Virus record (IMG/VR): IMGVR_UViG_3300008267_006666
Coordinates: 1-54,108 of that record
DNA from: a virus
Lineage: Duplodnaviria > Caudoviricetes
Length of the DNA: 54,108 nucleotides
Reading direction: 5' to 3' (one strand)
Positions within the stretch are counted from its first letter, which is position 1; every line of letters starts with the position of its first letter. A program made the position numbers and the translations under genes. This document shows positions 28,999-39,359 of this stretch, one piece after another. A model generated the notes under the pieces. That model was not told where the DNA came from. It made no database searches and saw nothing but the letters and a program-made list of their open reading frames with translations.

Positions 28999-29724
28999 TT
29001 ATTTTTTAATTTTAAAATTTTTCATTTTTTCATATTTTGAATTAAAATTACCAGGTCCTCCCGCAAAATGAAGGACAACTCCGTCAAATTCATTTAAATT
29101 ATATCCGTTATGCGAAATATATTTTGATATATTAGTATTATATAATTTATTTCTATATAAGTAAACGTTTAAAAATGGTTGTTCTAAACATTCATTAGAT
29201 AAGTCTTTATTTTCGATTAAAAACTGGTCAATTTTTTTAAAATGATTTATCATTCTACTATTAAATCCGTATAAACCGGCGTTAAGTCCATTTATTCGGT
29301 TTTTAATAATACCCTGTTTTTCATCTTGATTTAATATTCTTAATCCCCACCATTCGTCAGACATTAACGAATTTTCTGTACTTATATAAATTTCGTCAGT
29401 TTCTATCATTTTAAATATTATGTCAGGATTTTTTAACCATAAAATATCTAAATCCGAATATATAATTTTATCAAATTCGTAAACTTTTTCAAAATTATAT
29501 ATTTTCAATTTATTTGAGCTGGACTCAAATAAAGAATTATTTTCTATTTTTAAAAAATACGGAGACTTAACGAATTCAATACTATTTAAAATTTCTTTTT
29601 CAAAATTTGTTATAAATAAAAAATCTCCATCGTAGTTATGTTGGTATAAAGATTTTACACATAGTTCGGCCAATTTTATATAATTTATATTATTACTTAA
29701 AGTAAAATAAATCAATTTATTCAT
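28999..29724 (-). CDS. Glycosyltransferase, GT8-like
   Basis: IIYSDLDI, NAG, EQPFLN, HFAG. Confidence 0.7.
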   Translation of the reverse strand: MNKLIYFTLSNNINYIKLAELCVKSLYQHNYDGDFLFITNFEKEILNSIEFVKSPYFLKIENNSLFESSSNKLKIYNFEKVYEFDKIIYSDLDILWLKNPDIIFKMIETDEIYISTENSLMSDEWWGLRILNQDEKQGIIKNRINGLNAGLYGFNSRMINHFKKIDQFLIENKDLSNECLEQPFLNVYLYRNKLYNTNISKYISHNGYNLNEFDGVVLHFAGGPGNFNSKYEKMKNFKIKK

Positions 29725-29996
29725 AATAGTGAAAGTATTTTTTCTTCCCAGTAATCGTAATTTAATAAGTTAAGATTATAAACATTATTTTTAACTAGAT
29801 TTAATTTTTTATTAATTAAATCTTCATAATTTAAATCTTCAATTTTTTTGTTTTTATGTAACCATAGAGATAACCCACCTCTATGAAAACCAATTTCAAT
29901 AATTTTATCGAATTCGTGTAATATTTTTAAAAACGGTTCCTCTATGTTTGGGGTTTGACCTGCAACAATATTATCAACAATTAAGTAGTTTGACAT
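29721..29996 (-). pseudogene. Chimeric deletion remnant: methyltransferase N-terminus joined to a GT-like C-terminus
   Basis: IIEIGFHRGGLSLWL (SAM motif I) runs abruptly into EDLNYEDL…LNLLNYDYW; only 91 aa. Confidence 0.55.
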
Positions 29997-30000
29997 AATT

Positions 30001-30828
30001 TTAGTAATTAATTACTTTATTAAAAATTTTTTTAGTTGTTAAATTATTCTTAACATAATCAAGAATAAATTCATTATGTTCTAAATTAGGTATTCGTTCT
30101 TTGTTAAATAAAATAAGTTCTTTTTTAGGTAAATCAGTTAAAGTTAATTCGGGACAATTTTCCAAATTTTCAAACAATGGAACACATCCATTCATCATTA
30201 TTTCATAATGTCTCAAACAATCCCATCCCGCCTTTTTTTTAGTTATTGCGAACCAACATTTTGAGTAATGATTATAATAATCCTCCTCATACTCATACTT
30301 ATAATTTCTACTATTATCAGGTATTATATTTGAAATTATATCTGATTTTGACGTTAAATTAGTTAATATAAGTTCTTCAGGAATCCCAAAATTTATTGGG
30401 TGAACATCATTTTGTTTTTTATAAAGTTCTCTTTTAAAATATATAGATTTATTTACATATGAGTTGTTAATGTCTCCCACATCTTCACCATCAATAACTA
30501 TAATATCTTTTTTATTGTATACTTTTGACACCAAATCGAAATAATCGTCACATCTACATATAGAACCGTAAATGATTTTATCAAAAAATTTGTTACTTAT
30601 TAGGTCTATAATATTATCAGGTAATTCGTTATAATCCGATTTTTTTATTTTGCCATATAATGTAAAACCTCTACCATATAAACTTTTTTTATCAACAAAA
30701 TCATCATACATATACCACATTTTTTTTGATTCATAAAAATCGTGTCTATAAATTGATTTACCCCCATGAAATAAAACATCTGACATATAATCAGGACCTG
30801 ACGAATTTGTTACAAATAAAATTTTCAT
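30001..30828 (-). CDS. Putative glycosyltransferase (GT-B-like)
   Basis: IDGED, YFKREL, GWDCLRHYEIMMNGCVP. Confidence 0.6.
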   Translation of the reverse strand: MKILFVTNSSGPDYMSDVLFHGGKSIYRHDFYESKKMWYMYDDFVDKKSLYGRGFTLYGKIKKSDYNELPDNIIDLISNKFFDKIIYGSICRCDDYFDLVSKVYNKKDIIVIDGEDVGDINNSYVNKSIYFKRELYKKQNDVHPINFGIPEELILTNLTSKSDIISNIIPDNSRNYKYEYEEDYYNHYSKCWFAITKKKAGWDCLRHYEIMMNGCVPLFENLENCPELTLTDLPKKELILFNKERIPNLEHNEFILDYVKNNLTTKKIFNKVINY

Positions 30829-32079
30829 TTATTTTCTTTTTAATATTGTTAACCCATTATTATTTAAGTAAGTTTTAAAAACAAACCAATCTTGACCCGG
30901 CTCAGTTTTTAAAAAATCATCAATGGCGGGATTTAAACCTTCTTTACTTCTATCTTTTTCTTTAATAATATCGCTAGCGTGTTCATAAATTACCTCATCT
31001 CTATATCCAAAAGAAACGGTATCGTGTAAGATAATGTATTTATTAACCTTTTTAGAATGTAGATTTAACTCATTAGATAATTGAGTATATGTATGTAAAG
31101 TATCAATAAATAATAGATCGGTAGGTTCTATCTCTATTTTAAGAACATCGGATTCTACGAAATTAAAATTATATCCACATTCTTTAGTAATATCTTCAAC
31201 TTCATAAACTTCATTAGTTTTCATAATATCATAACTAATCATTTTTTTAGGATTTGACCATAAAAATGCCCAAGTAGAACAAGCTCCTCTAACACCCATC
31301 TCCGTAATATGTTCACATTCTTTTGAGTATTGATATAGAGTTTCTAAATGTTCGTTAATATCACTAATCCTATTTTTATTTTCATTAAATTTTAATAGTA
31401 TTTTATCCACAATAATTGTATTTTTAATTTTTAATTGATGTATGTCTTTCATTGTTTGAATGTCATTATCTCTAAAATAATGATTTGTTTTTAAACGATA
31501 ATGAAAAAAATTAATTGAATTTGGGTTGGTTAAATTACCGTGATCGGGAATGTCGTACCTGGTAAACTCAGCACCGTTAGGATAAACATTAAATTTTTGT
31601 AATAAGTGTCCAATAGACACATCATCAATTAATGACCTATCAATCATATCGGAATTCTCAATAACAAGATTAAAAATATCTCGACTCATTACAAATAACG
31701 CTCCTGAAGCAAAGGGTATTCCATTATGATTTCCAATAATGCCGCCATAAAAATTATTTTTTGGTTTGTTAGATAAAAACTCGTAAAACAATTCTTTATC
31801 TAAATAAGAACTGGAATTAGTTCTAACTATATAATCAAAATCAAAATCTTTAACCAAATTAAAAGCGGAAACCATTTTTTCAGTGCATTTATAATTCTCG
31901 ATGTCTGTCGTATATATCTCATTCCCAATAATTTTGTTTTCAATCGAATTCCCAAAATAATAAAATGTATCAACATTATCCACTTTTATAGAATCCCAAG
32001 TCGTTTTTTGAGCTTCGTAAAACTTACTATAAGTACCTCCGTTATCATTATAAGATAAAACCAATATTAATATTTTCAT
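30829..32079 (-). CDS. GT31/galactosyltransferase-like domain fused to a SAM methyltransferase
   Basis: FDYIVRTNSSSY…FASGA…SRD…DDV.IG, then EMGVRG, LLFIDTLH, LHDT. Confidence 0.7.
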   Translation of the reverse strand: MKILILVLSYNDNGGTYSKFYEAQKTTWDSIKVDNVDTFYYFGNSIENKIIGNEIYTTDIENYKCTEKMVSAFNLVKDFDFDYIVRTNSSSYLDKELFYEFLSNKPKNNFYGGIIGNHNGIPFASGALFVMSRDIFNLVIENSDMIDRSLIDDVSIGHLLQKFNVYPNGAEFTRYDIPDHGNLTNPNSINFFHYRLKTNHYFRDNDIQTMKDIHQLKIKNTIIVDKILLKFNENKNRISDINEHLETLYQYSKECEHITEMGVRGACSTWAFLWSNPKKMISYDIMKTNEVYEVEDITKECGYNFNFVESDVLKIEIEPTDLLFIDTLHTYTQLSNELNLHSKKVNKYIILHDTVSFGYRDEVIYEHASDIIKEKDRSKEGLNPAIDDFLKTEPGQDWFVFKTYLNNNGLTILKRK

Positions 32080-32843
32080 AAAAAGTTATTAATAGATAAT
32101 TTATTTAAATTAAAGTTATCCCAAATACGATAATATAACGATTCTGTCAAATTTTCTAATTTTAAATCACTCCAATTATTAATTATTAATATAGGTAGAT
32201 TTTTATAGAAATCAATATTGGTTGATTTTGTGACAATAGGAATAGTCTTTAAATATAAAGATTCCCAAGTTTTATGACAATCAACCCCATTACCATTTGG
32301 TGAAAGAACAAAAAATGATTTAGATAAATCTTTTAAATAATTTTTAAAATCTGTTCTTTCGGACATTTTAAGATTATTTTCAATCATTGATTTCATACAA
32401 AAACTTCTTTCTATTATATTTGTTCTGATATCAAAATTACAATATATTAAGTTAGATTTTTCATTGTCTTCCAACATAATGTTATTTAAAACTTCAATGT
32501 TACCGTGTAACCATTTTTCATTCGCAATCCCGATTGGGATTGAGTTTAATTTAGGATGTGTAAAATCAACGTTTTGCGCAAACCACTTTATTAAGTGGTT
32601 ATCATTTAAATATTTTTCGTGATTTTTTGTAATATGATAATCACTATTATGTGTGACAATAATAAAATCTGAGTTAGGTTTAATTTTAGAAAAAAATAAA
32701 TCAATGAAATCAGTTTTTACAAAATATTTTGGAATTTCATTTAGTGAAGGATTTTTAATAGTCCCAAAACCAAATTCATCAAAATAATAATGACATCTTT
32801 TTTTAAAATTATTACCGGTTATAAATTCATTAATTTCGATCAT
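32076..32843 (-). CDS. Exostosin (GT47)-like glycosyltransferase
   Basis: Y..DL..S.FVLSPNGNGVDCHKTWESLYL..IPI. Confidence 0.7.
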   Translation of the reverse strand: MIEINEFITGNNFKKRCHYYFDEFGFGTIKNPSLNEIPKYFVKTDFIDLFFSKIKPNSDFIIVTHNSDYHITKNHEKYLNDNHLIKWFAQNVDFTHPKLNSIPIGIANEKWLHGNIEVLNNIMLEDNEKSNLIYCNFDIRTNIIERSFCMKSMIENNLKMSERTDFKNYLKDLSKSFFVLSPNGNGVDCHKTWESLYLKTIPIVTKSTNIDFYKNLPILIINNWSDLKLENLTESLYYRIWDNFNLNKLSINNFL

Positions 32844-33739
32844 GATACGAATTTTTTTAAATTTTTTGAGTGTATGTGTAAATTATTAATCCTTATTTCG
32901 GTATCTTTATAAATTAAAAAAGGTATTTTTCTATTTCTATTATCAATTTTAAATATGAATTTAAAATGATTAGGATTAAAAAATGAACTTTCATTTATAA
33001 ATCCCTCTGTTGATAGTTTATGTCCCACATTTCTTTGGTCTATCCCTCCTAAAAATTGACCTATTGCTGCGGCATCGAAAATGGAATTAAAATATTCAAA
33101 ATTATTAAAATATTGATTTGGTTTTTTTGATTTATTACCGGTCAATGTTATTAATTCTGAATCATAATTAGATGGTAATATAGGTAAATTAAACATTTTA
33201 TTCACGTAATTTTTATATTCGGATAATAATTCCATATCATTTCTGTTAGGATTATTGTTAATAAAACTATTTAGTTTGGTAATAGAGTCCAAATTTTTAA
33301 TGTATACGAATCCTGGAATGGCTCTAAAATCATTATCAAATGTAACCGCCAGTTCATAATTAGACTTAAAAAAATCTATATATTCGTCTAAATCAAAAAA
33401 AATTAAATTATCATTTTCTAAATGAAAAACATTTTCTAACCCATAAAAAAACATTAAATCCTCAATATATAAAAATCTTTCAGTTGAAAATTTCCAAAAC
33501 CCTCCCCTAAATTCTTTATCAAGATTATTGTTTTTATCAAAATTTATATGATTTTTTGTTTTAGGTAAGGATTCTGACGATACTATTATAACATCTTTAT
33601 CAATTATTTTTCCAACATTACATTCATTAATGATTAAAAAAATTTTATCATCATTAAATTTTTTTATTTGACTTATACAATCATTAATATAATCAAAAAA
33701 ATGGTTTCCAAGATGAATTAAAACTAAACTTTTGTCCAT
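32840..33739 (-). CDS. Putative glycosyltransferase (GT-A-like)
   Basis: ERFLY…HLENDNLI, FDAAAIGQFLGGID, NLHIHSK; lies in the glycan island. Confidence 0.5.
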   Translation of the reverse strand: MDKSLVLIHLGNHFFDYINDCISQIKKFNDDKIFLIINECNVGKIIDKDVIIVSSESLPKTKNHINFDKNNNLDKEFRGGFWKFSTERFLYIEDLMFFYGLENVFHLENDNLIFFDLDEYIDFFKSNYELAVTFDNDFRAIPGFVYIKNLDSITKLNSFINNNPNRNDMELLSEYKNYVNKMFNLPILPSNYDSELITLTGNKSKKPNQYFNNFEYFNSIFDAAAIGQFLGGIDQRNVGHKLSTEGFINESSFFNPNHFKFIFKIDNRNRKIPFLIYKDTEIRINNLHIHSKNLKKFVS

Positions 33740-34554
33740 TAATTAATATTTTTATTATGACTTTGATGAAAATAAGAAATTGATTTATTTTCCGAGTAAT
33801 GTTTAGGTTCCAATAAAGTTGAAAGTACCGCCCCCCATATTGGAAGATCCCCCCACCTATTACTATATATTCCGTGAGAATTATCAACACATTTTAAAAA
33901 AGAATTAATTAAATCATTTTTTAAAATATTTTTAATATCGACAATCATTAAATTAGTGTATGGGCATTTAATGTCCCCGAAAGATTTAAATGGTGTTATA
34001 TCATTTTCTTTTATGAATTTATTCCAAAGGGTTTCTAAACCCACAATAACATACCATTCATCTTGTTTTTGGAATTCAGGTGAAACAAAATAAATTTCAT
34101 TTTTCTTCATATCATCGATTAGTTTTAAATCAAAATTTTTTATAAAACAATCTTCATCAATTCTAATTATAAATTCATAATCTTTAAGATATTCTAAAAA
34201 ATCTATCGACCAAAAGTGACACATATGTTTATATCCCAATGGAAACATATTAGATTCTACGGTAGGTGGACACAAATCCATATTTATCAAATTTCTATTA
34301 TCATCAAAGGCGGTTTTAGGATTTGTTTTTTTTATATCAATAAAAATTAATTTTAAATTTGGCGTTCCATTGGAGATAAATTTCTGATGGTCTTTAGTAA
34401 TATTACCTTCGTGAAATATTATCATATCAAAATTTCTATTAGATTTTTTTAAAATCTGTTCCTCAATTTGTTTATTTCTAAAAATTAACGAACTATAATG
34501 AATTGGGTTATTATAACCTCTAGTTAAAACAACGATAGCGTCTTTATTTAACAT
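33739..34554 (-). CDS. GT15 (Kre2/Mnt1 alpha-1,2-mannosyltransferase)-like protein
   Basis: IIFHE, GYKHMCHFWS, IRIDED, YTN, IY..RWGDLPI match the GT15 signature. Confidence 0.75.
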   Translation of the reverse strand: MLNKDAIVVLTRGYNNPIHYSSLIFRNKQIEEQILKKSNRNFDMIIFHEGNITKDHQKFISNGTPNLKLIFIDIKKTNPKTAFDDNRNLINMDLCPPTVESNMFPLGYKHMCHFWSIDFLEYLKDYEFIIRIDEDCFIKNFDLKLIDDMKKNEIYFVSPEFQKQDEWYVIVGLETLWNKFIKENDITPFKSFGDIKCPYTNLMIVDIKNILKNDLINSFLKCVDNSHGIYSNRWGDLPIWGAVLSTLLEPKHYSENKSISYFHQSHNKNIN

Positions 34555-34557
34555 TTT

Positions 34558-35976
34558 TTAATTTGTTATTAGTTCTTTTATTTGATTATCAAAATCTACA
34601 ACGTGGTCTTGAGTTCCGTGAGAATTCATCTGATAATGTTTCATTAAGTTATTTAAGATTAAAGGATTTAATTGTTTTAAATAACAATAAAATGTTATTG
34701 ATCTTTCGTGGGCGTGACCTGCGGTTTTTGATTCTTTAATTTTATTGACAATTGGATTAAACCATTCCATATATGAATTAAAAAATGACGTATTCATTGT
34801 ACAATTGCTAGTCGATGACCACATCATATTTGGGTTCCTACTTAATATAATTCTTATAGTTTTTTCTAAATCTATTTTATAAATTTCTTTTATTGCCGAA
34901 AAGATTTCACTAACCCATACGGAATTATTTATAAAATGAAAATTATTACAAGGTATTGGAACGTATCCAATAATTTTAAACTCTTCATACAAATATTTAC
35001 TTATAACCTGCTCTAAACTCTTACTTAAAACAACATCATATTCAAATAAATTAACATAAGGTGTCTTTATTAGTTTATTTTTCCACAAAGCATACCAACC
35101 TGTATATGAATTTATATTTGGATATTCTTCCATATTATGTTCTAAATTTTTGGCAATGATAATTTTATTATTATCCTGAATTTTATCTGTAGGTCTACCA
35201 CCTAAAAAAACATATTTATAATTTTTAATATGGTTAAATTTTTTATTCTGCTCATACTCCAATATTATATCTTGGTCGTGACAGAATATAAAAGTGTCAC
35301 AAACCCCTTGATTTGTAATGTCGATTGGAAAATTATTTTTGTATTTACCAACAAATTGGGCTCTATTTTTTTCCCATATTTCATTTGTCATACCAATAGA
35401 TAAATGTGTTAATCTAACATCCGTTATTACACCTATTTTAACATCAGACAAATAATTTGGAATACAAAAAGATAAATCATAAAAATGAAACCCATTAAAC
35501 TCTTCATCAAATTTATGTTTAATCTTAGTTTTATCGAAAGAAATGAAAAGACCGTCAACCAAAACCACCTCTTCAATTTTATTACCTAAATCTTTTGAAT
35601 ATGTACTAGTCCATTTCTTACCTTCATTTTTATGGTTGACAATACCATACATTGTTTGAGGAACGTCCCACCATCTTCCTGTTTCAGGTAAAAATTTACT
35701 ACCAGCGACGCCAATAATCCCATATTCAGGATTTTTACTATAATGTTTTAATAATTTATCACCCCAATTCTTAGTTTCAAACTCCAAATCATCGTGAAGT
35801 AAAACAACTATATTGTGATTGGATTCTTCAATAATTTCATTGTAAACCTTTGATAATGATTTTTCACCATTATTAACTTTTTCAATAATTTGAACTTCTT
35901 TATACATACAAGTATCTTGTATATATTTTTTATATTCCGGGTTTGAGACCCTTGTACTATATCCTATTGTAATCAT
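34558..35976 (-). CDS. Two-domain glycosyltransferase (GT2-like plus a second GT-A-like domain)
   Basis: YN..I…LHDD…GVAG…VDGLF…FHFYD; second domain with EYD and HER. Confidence 0.7.
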   Translation of the reverse strand: MITIGYSTRVSNPEYKKYIQDTCMYKEVQIIEKVNNGEKSLSKVYNEIIEESNHNIVVLLHDDLEFETKNWGDKLLKHYSKNPEYGIIGVAGSKFLPETGRWWDVPQTMYGIVNHKNEGKKWTSTYSKDLGNKIEEVVLVDGLFISFDKTKIKHKFDEEFNGFHFYDLSFCIPNYLSDVKIGVITDVRLTHLSIGMTNEIWEKNRAQFVGKYKNNFPIDITNQGVCDTFIFCHDQDIILEYEQNKKFNHIKNYKYVFLGGRPTDKIQDNNKIIIAKNLEHNMEEYPNINSYTGWYALWKNKLIKTPYVNLFEYDVVLSKSLEQVISKYLYEEFKIIGYVPIPCNNFHFINNSVWVSEIFSAIKEIYKIDLEKTIRIILSRNPNMMWSSTSNCTMNTSFFNSYMEWFNPIVNKIKESKTAGHAHERSITFYCYLKQLNPLILNNLMKHYQMNSHGTQDHVVDFDNQIKELITN

Positions 35977-36569
35977 ATTCCAGTCGAACCGAACCCGTTA
36001 CTACCTCGGTCTTTATCAAATTTATTAATACTTTCAGTTGGATTAACCCATTTACCATTAACTACGGGACATAAAACTGCTTGAGATATTTTCATACCTT
36101 TTTTAATTGTAAAAGGTGTTTTATTTGTGTTAAAAATAATAACCTTTACCTCACCTGTATAAGAACTATCAACGGTTCCTGGTGAATTTAAACACATTAA
36201 TCCTTGATTAATCGCTAACCCACTTTTAGACCTAACTTGAATCTCATACCCGTCTTTAATGTCAAATGATAATCCAGTAGGAATTAACGCTCTACCAAAT
36301 CCTTCAATAACAACCTCCTCAGTTGAATATAAATCAAAACCTGAATCTCCTTCATAATTGTATTTAGGACTTATAGCATCTTCATTTAACTTGTGATATG
36401 GTAATTCTATTCTTGGTGCATAATTAGACATATCTTTTTCCATTCCAAGTATATCTATACCATATTCATCTTCAATTAATTTATAATCAAAATTTTCATC
36501 AGTATCTTCACCTAAAACACTTCTTATTTTTTTTGTTTGTTCTCTAAGAGAATTTAAATCGTATTTCAT
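35973..36569 (-). CDS. dut: dUTPase (trimeric type)
   Basis: SGFDL, RSKSGL, GTVDSSYTGE, ISQ, RG.NGFGSTG. Confidence 0.95.
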   Translation of the reverse strand: MKYDLNSLREQTKKIRSVLGEDTDENFDYKLIEDEYGIDILGMEKDMSNYAPRIELPYHKLNEDAISPKYNYEGDSGFDLYSTEEVVIEGFGRALIPTGLSFDIKDGYEIQVRSKSGLAINQGLMCLNSPGTVDSSYTGEVKVIIFNTNKTPFTIKKGMKISQAVLCPVVNGKWVNPTESINKFDKDRGSNGFGSTGI

Positions 36570-37300
36570 TCTAATTCTTTTAATTTTTTAATAACTTTTA
36601 TTAATACATTAACATCTTCTTCACAATATTCAGATATTTCTTTTAATTTACCACCATTCCAATAAGAATCGTGAACATTATCCCCCTTAACTTCCCCTTC
36701 TTTTGATGAAGGTAGTTCAAGACAGGAACATAATAAATCTAAGGAACCTATTGAACTATATGAACCATATTGCCAAATTTCTTTTGTATCAATTGCCTTA
36801 ACTTCCCAAGGTTTTGTATCGTAATTTGGTAAAATTGATGGAGGCATAATACCATTAATAATCATTCTTTTCGCAATCATTGGAATATCGAAATTCTTTA
36901 GATTATGTCCACATAAAAAGAAATCTAATTTTGAACATCTATCTAATAAAACTTTACAAGATTTTAAAAGTTGTTTTTCATCATCACCTGAAAATGTTTG
37001 TCTTTTAATGTCTCCACTATCGGTTACAAATGCAAAACTAACACAAACTATTTTGGCGAATTCAGGAACTAAAGCCGATCTTTTAATGAAAACATTATTT
37101 TTATGGTTAAATATTTCCTGAAGATTAGAACCAACTTCAATATCATCTTCAGGAAATCTTTTTAAGAACCAATCAAAATATTTATCAAATTGTGAACATA
37201 AAGATATATCTTGTTCTAAAAAGGTGGTATAGTCTTTATAACAACCCACGGTCTCAATATCCATAAAAAGTATTTTTGTTAGAGGTACTTTTACAATCAT
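36566..37300 (-). CDS. DnaQ/PolB-like 3'-5' exonuclease
   Basis: DIET, HN...FD, YC..D (Exo I-III). Confidence 0.85.
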   Translation of the reverse strand: MIVKVPLTKILFMDIETVGCYKDYTTFLEQDISLCSQFDKYFDWFLKRFPEDDIEVGSNLQEIFNHKNNVFIKRSALVPEFAKIVCVSFAFVTDSGDIKRQTFSGDDEKQLLKSCKVLLDRCSKLDFFLCGHNLKNFDIPMIAKRMIINGIMPPSILPNYDTKPWEVKAIDTKEIWQYGSYSSIGSLDLLCSCLELPSSKEGEVKGDNVHDSYWNGGKLKEISEYCEEDVNVLIKVIKKLKELE

Positions 37301-38514
37301 TTCACTAAATCTTTATAAATTTCACATCTTGTTTTTGTTACATTTTTAAGGTGATACGTGTCTTTAACCGTCTCATATAGGCGATTACCCATATCTTCAA
37401 TCATATTTGGATTGGTAACCAATTTTTTAATGTATTTAGCCCAATCACTATGATTTTTTTGCTCATCAACTAATAACGCGTTACCATCAACAAAATTACC
37501 ATCTTTTAAACAATGTTTTAAATCTATAGTATATGGACCTATGTTAGAAGCGATTAATGCTTTTTTATAGAAACCTGCCTCAATAACTTTTAATTGAGAT
37601 TTAACTCTATTAAAGATATGATTTTTAATTGGTGCTAATGAAATATCGAATTTAGAATAATTCTTAGCGTAAGTAGTTACAGGTAAAGTCCAAACTCTTC
37701 TATATGGTAAAGTATAATCGGATGAATATTCATCTTGTTTAAATTCCATTAAGAATTTTTTATAATTCTCATCAATAGTTTTATAATTATTTGTAAAAAT
37801 TTCTTCATATCTTGCCCAAACCGTTTCGTGAGGTAAAATATCTCTTCTTGTTTGTTTACCCGTTTCTTTATTTATTTCTGTAACAGTACCTCTTGTGTCG
37901 AATCCACATAAAACGTATTGAATATTTTTATTGAATTCTTCTCCGTTTTTTGAAATAAATCCGTCAAGTAATTTTAAATCGTGAAGATGCGAAGAACCTC
38001 CTAACCATCCTATTCTAATTTTATCACACTTTAAGGTTGGTTCTTTAAATTGTGCTTCGTCAGGGTTAATTGCGTTAGGTAATATATAAACATTTTTATT
38101 ATATTTGCGTATTTCATTTGCGAACAATGTTGTAGTTGTTGTAACACAACTTGCAACTTTTAAATTGGCAACAATTTTTTCGTGAATTTTATTTTGAACG
38201 ATTATACTATGTATTGGGTGTTCTATTGTGGGTAACCAATAATCATCTAAATCGACAATAACTATAATACCCATAGACTTTAATTTAGTAATTAACGCCG
38301 GTACTTTATCATAATCTTGTCCAATACTTCTATGAGCGTGAACTATCTGATATTTTTTCCAATAGTTATCGTTTTCTATTTGGGGATTGTAATCAATATC
38401 CACGTGAAATTCATCTGGATACATATTTTGCAACATTACGTGCGGGTCAACTGAGCGAAACTTACCAACGCCGGTAAAATCTGATGCGAGTACTAAAACA
38501 TTAATTTTTGACAT
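37297..38514 (-). CDS. Glycosyltransferase, GT-B (GT4-like)
   Basis: DLDDYW, IGW.GGSSH..DL, DISLAP…FN..KS.LK..E. Confidence 0.8.
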   Translation of the reverse strand: MSKINVLVLASDFTGVGKFRSVDPHVMLQNMYPDEFHVDIDYNPQIENDNYWKKYQIVHAHRSIGQDYDKVPALITKLKSMGIIVIVDLDDYWLPTIEHPIHSIIVQNKIHEKIVANLKVASCVTTTTTLFANEIRKYNKNVYILPNAINPDEAQFKEPTLKCDKIRIGWLGGSSHLHDLKLLDGFISKNGEEFNKNIQYVLCGFDTRGTVTEINKETGKQTRRDILPHETVWARYEEIFTNNYKTIDENYKKFLMEFKQDEYSSDYTLPYRRVWTLPVTTYAKNYSKFDISLAPIKNHIFNRVKSQLKVIEAGFYKKALIASNIGPYTIDLKHCLKDGNFVDGNALLVDEQKNHSDWAKYIKKLVTNPNMIEDMGNRLYETVKDTYHLKNVTKTRCEIYKDLVK

Positions 38515-38737
38515 ATTTTTGTATTATTTCTATAATTGATTTGTGTTCGGAAAATTCTGATTCCCATATCACTTCCAAATTATAACCATAATTCTTTAAA
38601 TTATCAATTCTTATTTTATCGTCTTCCCAAATTTCCATAGCTTTCTTTTTTTTATGAGGGTGAAAGTAGTCAGGACTAAATTTATTTGGGTTACAATGCC
38701 AATAATCCCCATTATATTCAATTAAAAATCCCCACAA
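38501..38737 (-). pseudogene. C-terminal remnant of a Vsr/DUF559-type homing endonuclease
   Basis: IEYNGDYWH…D..R…GY.L.VIWESE; only a TTG start inside a hairpin, with an in-frame stop just upstream. Confidence 0.7.
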
Positions 38738-38753
38738 TTTATGTGAGGATTAT
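38723..38753 (-). terminator. Imperfect terminator hairpin after 38776..39357
   Basis: Minus strand AATCCTCACA-TAAAT-TGTGGGGATT-TTT. Confidence 0.55.
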
Positions 38754-38775
38754 TAAGTAATAAATTTTTATTAAA

Positions 38776-39357
38776 TTATTGAATTTTTTTAATTTTAGTA
38801 ACCTTACCTTCAAAAATATGTTTTCCAACTCTAAATGAAAACACTTCATTAGATTTTGATGTCGATTCCACTAATAAACCATTTTCAGATAAAACCTCTT
38901 CAATAGTCTCCCTAACAATTGACTTGATAGTTTCTGTGTCTATCCCTAAATTAGGTTTTTGTGTTGGTTGTGATTTATTAGTTTGTTGACCTGCGGCATT
39001 TGTGGTCATAAGTCTGGCAGCTTTTTCAACTAAATCATTAGATAGAGTTGGTCCGGCAGACATAGAAGGTTGATTAATTGGGTGCTCAATCATTAATTTT
39101 TTTATCTCATCGGGTAATTTTGATGACATAACTCTATCCTCAGTAATAGGTTGTGGGTTAAAATTTTTCTTTGTTTCGGGCATAAATTCGTTAGGTATAG
39201 AGTATTTTGGTTGTGGTGTTTGAAACTCTTGGACATCTGGGGATGAAAAATTTTCATTTATGGGTGGCTGATTTCCCGCTCTTGGCATTTCTTTATGTTT
39301 ATCCATTATTTGTTTGGAAATCATTAATTTTTTAATTAAGTCACTTTCGTTTGTCAT
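38776..39357 (-). CDS. Hypothetical protein
   Basis: 193-aa ORF with internal IKSIVRETIEEVLSE motif. Confidence 0.65.
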   Translation of the reverse strand: MTNESDLIKKLMISKQIMDKHKEMPRAGNQPPINENFSSPDVQEFQTPQPKYSIPNEFMPETKKNFNPQPITEDRVMSSKLPDEIKKLMIEHPINQPSMSAGPTLSNDLVEKAARLMTTNAAGQQTNKSQPTQKPNLGIDTETIKSIVRETIEEVLSENGLLVESTSKSNEVFSFRVGKHIFEGKVTKIKKIQ

Positions 39358-39359
39358 TA

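Noticed and set aside
21842-38514. Bacterial O-antigen/capsule locus (host contamination)
   Set aside because: No wzx/wzy/wzm, interleaved with phoH, dut, exonuclease and a gp55-like sigma, and contiguous with phage structural genes of the same composition
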